From: Eukaryota sp. TZLM1-RC
Lineage: Eukaryota; Protista; Metamonada: BaSk clade
NCBI GenBank assembly: GCA_040285825.1
Contig: JAUPSS010000001.1
Location: 1-64,000 of the forward strand
DNA length: 64,000 nt
Direction of reading: 5' to 3'
In this document: one piece after another, positions 61,387 to 64,000 of the stretch
How the letters are laid out: every line of letters starts with the position of its first letter
Position numbering within the stretch: position 1 is the stretch's first letter
Program-made: the position numbers and the translations under genes
The notes under the pieces: model-generated
The model's database searches: none
What the model saw: the letters and a program-made list of their open reading frames with translations, nothing else
Told to the model about the DNA's origin: nothing

Positions 61387-64000
61387 CTAAATATTGACGT
61401 GAACGTTTATTGACAGAAGAGCCTCTGCCTCTGCCGCGAGTGCCTCTTCGACTACGGAAATTAGAACCTCTAGATCCTCTTTTCTGGCGAGCCTGTTGCT
61501 CTCTCCACTTCTTGCTGCGTTGGCAATCCTTGCTGGGACACCTTTCAGTTGGATGACCGACCTGTTTGCAGAAGTTACACTGGACCTTAGACTCGGACTG
61601 AGTGGAAGACGGTTGAGTAGAGCCTCCTTCTCGCCTTTGTTGTTTTGGGCGCCTGCTAGAGCCAGAACTTGTTGGTTTGGGAATAGCAGGGGGAGAAGGT
61701 ACCGTCTGTCTGCGATGGTTCTCAGTCTGAAACGAGATTCTTTTTTGATACAGGAAGTCAACATAATTGATCTGCTCCTGAAAAAATCTAGCATTACAAA
61801 AGTTCTCGTATTCTATTTGAAGAACACTGAAAAATTCTCCTAAGGTGTGGCCATATGAATAGTAATGGGAGGGATTGGACCAGATCCTGAGGAGTCTGTC
61901 CCTGATAACGGTGATACCGATGCCCTCAATAACGAGAGAAGCAATTTCCCATTCGGGAAGTCGGTCGACGGGGTTTCCATGGAAGTGATGTGTCTCATTT
62001 GTTAAGTCAGATTACGAACATCTCGGATAGCGGTGGAACGCGTTAAGATTCTGCCAATGTTGATCATAAAGTCAATCCATCTGTTACCATAATCTCTCTC
62101 TGTCCAGTCCATGTTTACTGCATGAAGTGCATCCAGGGCTTGATCCAGTCTACTGAATTGGGTTCTCCTTAGGATCTGTTTCCAAATATTGCGTTCGTCT
62201 CTGCTGGTTGGGACCATAGCAGAGGATATTGAAAGGCCAGTGCCTTGATACCTTAAAGCGTTGAGAGCTTCAGGTGTTACACATTAAGCTAAACCTCTGG
62301 GATGAATGTGCATGGCGGATCTGAAAAAATCCCATTCATGAACTGGTTCGCTGTTGAACCGTTGTTCAGATGCCAATTCTGCTGATCTAGCTAATTCAAG
62401 TTCTTCGCGAAGTCTGGCAACTTCGCTAGCCAAAGCAACTGGGGCAGGGTCCTCAACTCGAGCCTCGTCGACAATTCTACCCGTGCGACTCCAGAGAATG
62501 AATTTGTTAACAAACTTTAGGAGTTTTTCAACGTCTCTTAAGTCTGCTGCGTCGAGAGTAGGACGTTTAGGGCGGTCCTTACGTCTATTGTCCCTATCTC
62601 TTGATCCCACCATGCAAGATGAAATGAGGTTACTATCATAAGTACCCGAGAAAGTAGAGCGAGAAGAATTTACCGTGGAAGGTGTTGGTTAAACCGTGGG
62701 CTGTGAACTTGTTGAACTAGTGGTTGGATGTGTGGGTGGAACCATTGATTGTTCCATGGACTGCGTAGGTGCTGAAGTTTGTTGCATTGGTACTAGCACA
62801 GTTGGAATTGAGTCTGGAGTTGGGAACTCATCACTGACGTCTACTACAACATTCTCTTCAGTTTGTTCCATGAAAGAATTGTGCGAGGGCTGCGTTGAGG
62901 GTTCTGTAGAAGTTTCCATAGGTTGTTTTGCGGAAAAAGCAACTTCGCTTTGGTGAGGTTCAGGAGAAGGTTCATTTTCTTCAATCTGAGCGGGAAACTG
63001 ATATGAAGAGATTGCTGGTTGAATCAAGCGTGTCTTTTCAATGCGACCTTCTACCATGACCCATTTTAACATCCGGGATTCTATGCAACCAGGGAAAACA
63101 ATGACGAGCTGGAGAACTCTTTGGAGATTACCAGATCTTCTGTGGTCAGGACCACAATATGAAGCTATATGGTCAGGACGTCTGTCGTAAAGAAAGAGTC
63201 TTTCACCATATGGTTTACCGAAACCACCACCCTGTTCTATAATCTCTGTCGACAAGGATATCGAGAGATGCATTGTACCCAGGGCTGAACCGAGAGTAGG
63301 GACAAGGGTTATAGGCATTTATGAAGAAGTTATCTTCATCTCCAGCGAAGCGTCTGAGCACTCCCTCTCGTGTTGTTCTCATGAACCTTACTCCGGGTCT
63401 GGGGTCATGAGTAGGTTCAGAATCATGTCTAGTGTTCTTTGGAGTAATTCTTTCATTGGAGAGGCATGGACCTATCCTTGGTGTGATCCATAATCCTAGT
63501 CCATTTTCGACTCTAGGACCGAAGAAAAGAAGACGCCCATTGCTCATCTCCGTAGGAGGGATGGCTTAGGGGTCTTCAGGAATTATTTGGGAATCCCTAT
63601 ATCGGGCATAAGGATTGTGCTGACGGGAAGCGTCGTGATTATGAACACTAGAGCTAGCGTGGGAGCTAGGGTTGATAGGTGTCCGTTTGGAAGAGGATGG
63701 TCCTCTCCTTGGAGGCTGAATCGGCCGGTCAAGTCTTCTTTTGAAATCCCACATCCATTCTTCGAAATGATGGCGGTCTAGATATCGTTTAGAAACCTCA
63801 CCAGTTTCTCTATCTATTTCAGGAGATTGAGCCATGGACGGAACCGAGGGTTAATTCGTAGATGAAGATTCCATGGGAGGTTCTTCATAATCAACCAGAT
63901 CTGAGAAGATCTGCTCATATCTCTTCCTTTGTTCTTCAGACAGATATGAAAGAAGATTTGGGGTGAAAAGAGCGGGATCATTAGCATGAGGTGGCAAGAC
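61387..64000 (-). pseudogene. Long decayed ORF of unknown origin (possibly gag-like or viral), runs off the window
   Basis: ORFs starting 63318, 62613, 62217 and 61794 share one frame; 63835 and 63547 share another; GC is higher than the flanks; no diagnostic motif recognised. Confidence 0.45.

Noticed and set aside
61387-63835. Alternative genetic code (TAA/TAG = Gln) to explain in-frame stops
   Set aside because: RPS18, RPS5 and prs all end at TAA at the expected positions

Overview
AT-rich eukaryotic (protist-like) DNA at the edge of an rDNA locus. Positions 1-48.6 kb are a minus-strand mosaic of rDNA pieces, two tandem repeats and non-LTR retrotransposons. Repeat A (~463 bp) is itself an amplified copy of the last ~70 nt of 28S plus a 3'-ETS hairpin; repeat B is ~449 bp. 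Three distinct single-ORF retrotransposon families with CRE-clade RT and a C-terminal restriction-like endonuclease (RLE) are inserted site-specifically and in the rRNA sense orientation. Families A (2 copies) and C (1 copy) sit at exactly the same 28S nucleotide (TTTTACCCT^ACTGA, ~710 nt 3' of the empty R2 site). Family B sits in 18S (^ACGTGATAAGGATTGAC). All three carry an RNase H domain N-terminal to the RT. A and C also begin with a PCNA-binding PIP box (QTSLTGFF) and hold a tRNA-like A-box/B-box cassette inside the ORF. In every case the rDNA upstream of the insertion is missing, so the window has no complete rDNA unit. From ~50.5 kb there is compact host sequence: RPS18 and RPS5 (30-32 nt introns), a GT8 glycosyltransferase, a bacterial-like PRPP synthetase, decayed CRE fragments, a Fanzor/TnpB C-terminal remnant and a long decayed ORF. 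Many frameshifts fall in homopolymers and may be long-read errors. Family assignments come from motif recognition by eye, not database searches.
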